Source of the DNA: Deltaproteobacteria bacterium
Lineage (GTDB): Bacteria > Desulfobacterota > Desulfuromonadia > Desulfuromonadales > JAAYDE01
Reading direction: 5' to 3'
NCBI GenBank assembly: GCA_012729375.1
Contig: JAAYDE010000053.1
Coordinates: 31,941-95,940 of the forward strand
DNA length: 64,000 bases
Shown: positions 62,370-64,000 of the stretch, piece by piece
Layout: every line of letters starts with the position of its first letter
Numbering within the stretch: position 1 is the first letter of the stretch
Notes under the pieces: model-generated
The model's database searches: none
What the model saw: only the letters and a program-made list of their open reading frames with translations
Told to the model about the DNA's origin: nothing
Position numbers and translations under genes: made by a program

Positions 62370-63343
62370 ATCTCTTCCACCATTTCCATTTTTCCTTCGT
62401 AGCGTAGGAGAAGGATGTGAAAGGTGGTCCCTTTGCCGGGACCGTCGCTTTCCACCCTGATTTTGCCCCGCTGCCTCTTGACCAGCAGTTGGACGATGAA
62501 CAGGCCGAGGCCGGTGCCGCGGATATTGTCTCCCGGTTTCCGCACTCGATAGAACATCCGGAAAACCTTCTTGAGATCTTTTCGCGCAATACCCCTTCCC
62601 CGGTCGGCGAAAATCAAATGGCACCATTTCCCCTCGCTGCGCAGGGTGAGGGTCAGATGGGGGGGGCCGTCCGCGTAGAGAACGGCGTTTTCCAGAAGAT
62701 TGCGGAAGATGAGAAGAAAGGATTCGGGATCGAGCAGCACCTTGATGTGGGGGGAGATATCCAGGGAAAGGGAGCCGTCCGCAGGTAAATGGCGAGCTGC
62801 TTCGCGAAAATATTTTTCCGTCATTGCGGAGATATCGCAAGGCCGCAAGGTAAGGGAAAAGCGGCGGAATTCAAGTCGGTTGGCGGTCAGCAGGTTGTTG
62901 ATCAAGGCGTTGAGACGGCCGGTTTCCTCCAGCATGATGGCCAACGATTTGCGGAACTGGTCGGCTGGCGGCTGGCGGAGCTTAAGGGTTTCCAGGTGGA
63001 GTTGGATCGAGGCCACGGGGGAGCGCAGTTCGTGGCTGACCTGAGCGATAAACGCTTTCTGCTCCCGCAGCAGGGCGGTCTGCCGTGACCAGTAGAGGAA
63101 AATGACATAGACGCCGGCGAGGATGGTGACCAGCAAAACCAGGCCTTCCACCAGAACCACCCAGTCCATCCATCCCGGCATCTGCTCGTGGCGGTATTTT
63201 TCCGCCGCTTCCCGCAGTTTGCTCTGGCTGCCGAGAAACCAGTAGAGCCATCCCCCCACCACCAGAAGCCAGGCCAACTGGACGACGATGAAAACGACCA
63301 GAGGATGAAAAGTTTTTTTCAGAATCTTTTTGATGCCCGACAT
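62366..63343 (-). CDS. sensor histidine kinase
   Basis: Two TM segments, H-box SHELRSP, and N/G boxes (NLLENAVLY, DRGRGI, GTGLGL). Confidence 0.9.
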   Translation of the reverse strand: MSGIKKILKKTFHPLVVFIVVQLAWLLVVGGWLYWFLGSQSKLREAAEKYRHEQMPGWMDWVVLVEGLVLLVTILAGVYVIFLYWSRQTALLREQKAFIAQVSHELRSPVASIQLHLETLKLRQPPADQFRKSLAIMLEETGRLNALINNLLTANRLEFRRFSLTLRPCDISAMTEKYFREAARHLPADGSLSLDISPHIKVLLDPESFLLIFRNLLENAVLYADGPPHLTLTLRSEGKWCHLIFADRGRGIARKDLKKVFRMFYRVRKPGDNIRGTGLGLFIVQLLVKRQRGKIRVESDGPGKGTTFHILLLRYEGKMEMVEEI

Positions 63344-63468
63344 CTAACCCTCGTGAATCAGACGGGAATTTTTACATAAGTATTACATTTCGAAAAAAGG
63401 AATTTTGATAAGCTGATTCCATCTACAAGAAGCCATCAACCTTCCTTTTCGCTATGAGGACCTTTGCC

Positions 63469-64000
63469 ATGTTTCCTGGATTGAAAATTGGACGCTACTC
63501 TGTTCCCTTTCCCCTCATCCAGGGGGGTATGGGGGTCCGTATCTCCGGCGGCCGGCTGGCCGGCCACGTGGCCCGCTGCGGAGGCGTCGGCATCATCGCC
63601 TCGGCCGGACTGGGCCTCGACACGCCGATCTTCGACGGCCGCAATTTTTTCGAAGCCGACGCCAAGGCTTTGAAGGAAGAGCTCAAAAAAGCCTATGCCA
63701 TCGCCCCCGAGGGTATCATCGGGGTCAATTGCATGATGGCGGTGACCGATTATGAAGAAAATGTCCTTAGCGCCTGCGAAGGCGGTGCCAAAATCATCAT
63801 CAGCGGTGCCGGCCTGCCCCTTTCCCTGCCGCGGTTGACAGAGCACTATCCCGATGTGGCGCTGGTGCCGATTGTTTCCTCGGTCAAGGCCATTGAGTTG
63901 ATTGTGCGGAAATGGCAGAAGAATTACAATCGTTTTCCCGACGCCGTCGTGGTCGAAGACCCGGAGACGGCCGGCGGCCACCTGGGCAGTCACCTGGAAA
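63469..64000 (+). CDS. nitronate monooxygenase / FabK-like NAD(P)H-dependent flavin oxidoreductase (3' end outside window)
   Basis: The frame is open to the window end and is not in the ORF track. MFPGLKIGRYSVPFPLIQGGMGVRISGGRLAGHVARCGGVGIIAS matches the NMO/2-nitropropane dioxygenase N-terminus. ATG 63454 is an alternative start. Confidence 0.75.
   Translation, partial: MFPGLKIGRYSVPFPLIQGGMGVRISGGRLAGHVARCGGVGIIASAGLGLDTPIFDGRNFFEADAKALKEELKKAYAIAPEGIIGVNCMMAVTDYEENVLSACEGGAKIIISGAGLPLSLPRLTEHYPDVALVPIVSSVKAIELIVRKWQKNYNRFPDAVVVEDPETAGGHLGSHLE

Overview
This is a 64-kb, GC-rich (roughly 60% by eye), gene-dense chromosomal segment. Local synteny (recO-glyQ-glyS-ppdK, then uvrA, mfd, a small c-type cytochrome and HD-GYP/PilZ signalling genes) looks like a Geobacter/Desulfuromonas-type deltaproteobacterium; that assignment is inference only. 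I call about 55 protein-coding genes on both strands, almost all housekeeping. They cover DNA repair and replication (recO, uvrA, mfd, dinB, priA, rarA, recN), translation and tRNA modification (glyQS, truD, trmB), central and cofactor metabolism (ppdK, gshA, nadA, nadK, coaE, purT, aroF, hisI, hisG), cell-wall enzymes (mltA, an mltB-like gene, nagZ-like, M23), Tat export and transporters. By eye I found no rRNA, tRNA, CRISPR array, transposase or integrase, so this is core chromosome rather than an obvious island. Seven things deserve a second look. (1) A family of ~130-nt non-coding intergenic elements has three clear copies (23.3, 39.0 and 56.9 kb), imperfect terminal inverted repeats, a small central hairpin, and several weaker look-alikes. 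(2) A tightly coupled PilZ-PilZ-unknown-domain gene sits next to a sensor-GAF-HD-GYP gene. (3) An AbiEii-type toxin gene is frameshifted and has a small overlapping upstream partner. (4) An orphan 2-oxoacid dehydrogenase E2 lacks a recognisable E1/E3-binding domain. (5) An Nramp-fold transporter has the canonical DPGN motif replaced. (6) An ArsM-like methyltransferase is fused to a Cys-rich domain. (7) The purT leader has terminator-like alternative hairpins. The many very long antisense ORFs in the track (up to 1562 aa) are rejected as GC-bias shadow ORFs. All calls rest on reading the translations and hand alignment; no database search or statistics were run.
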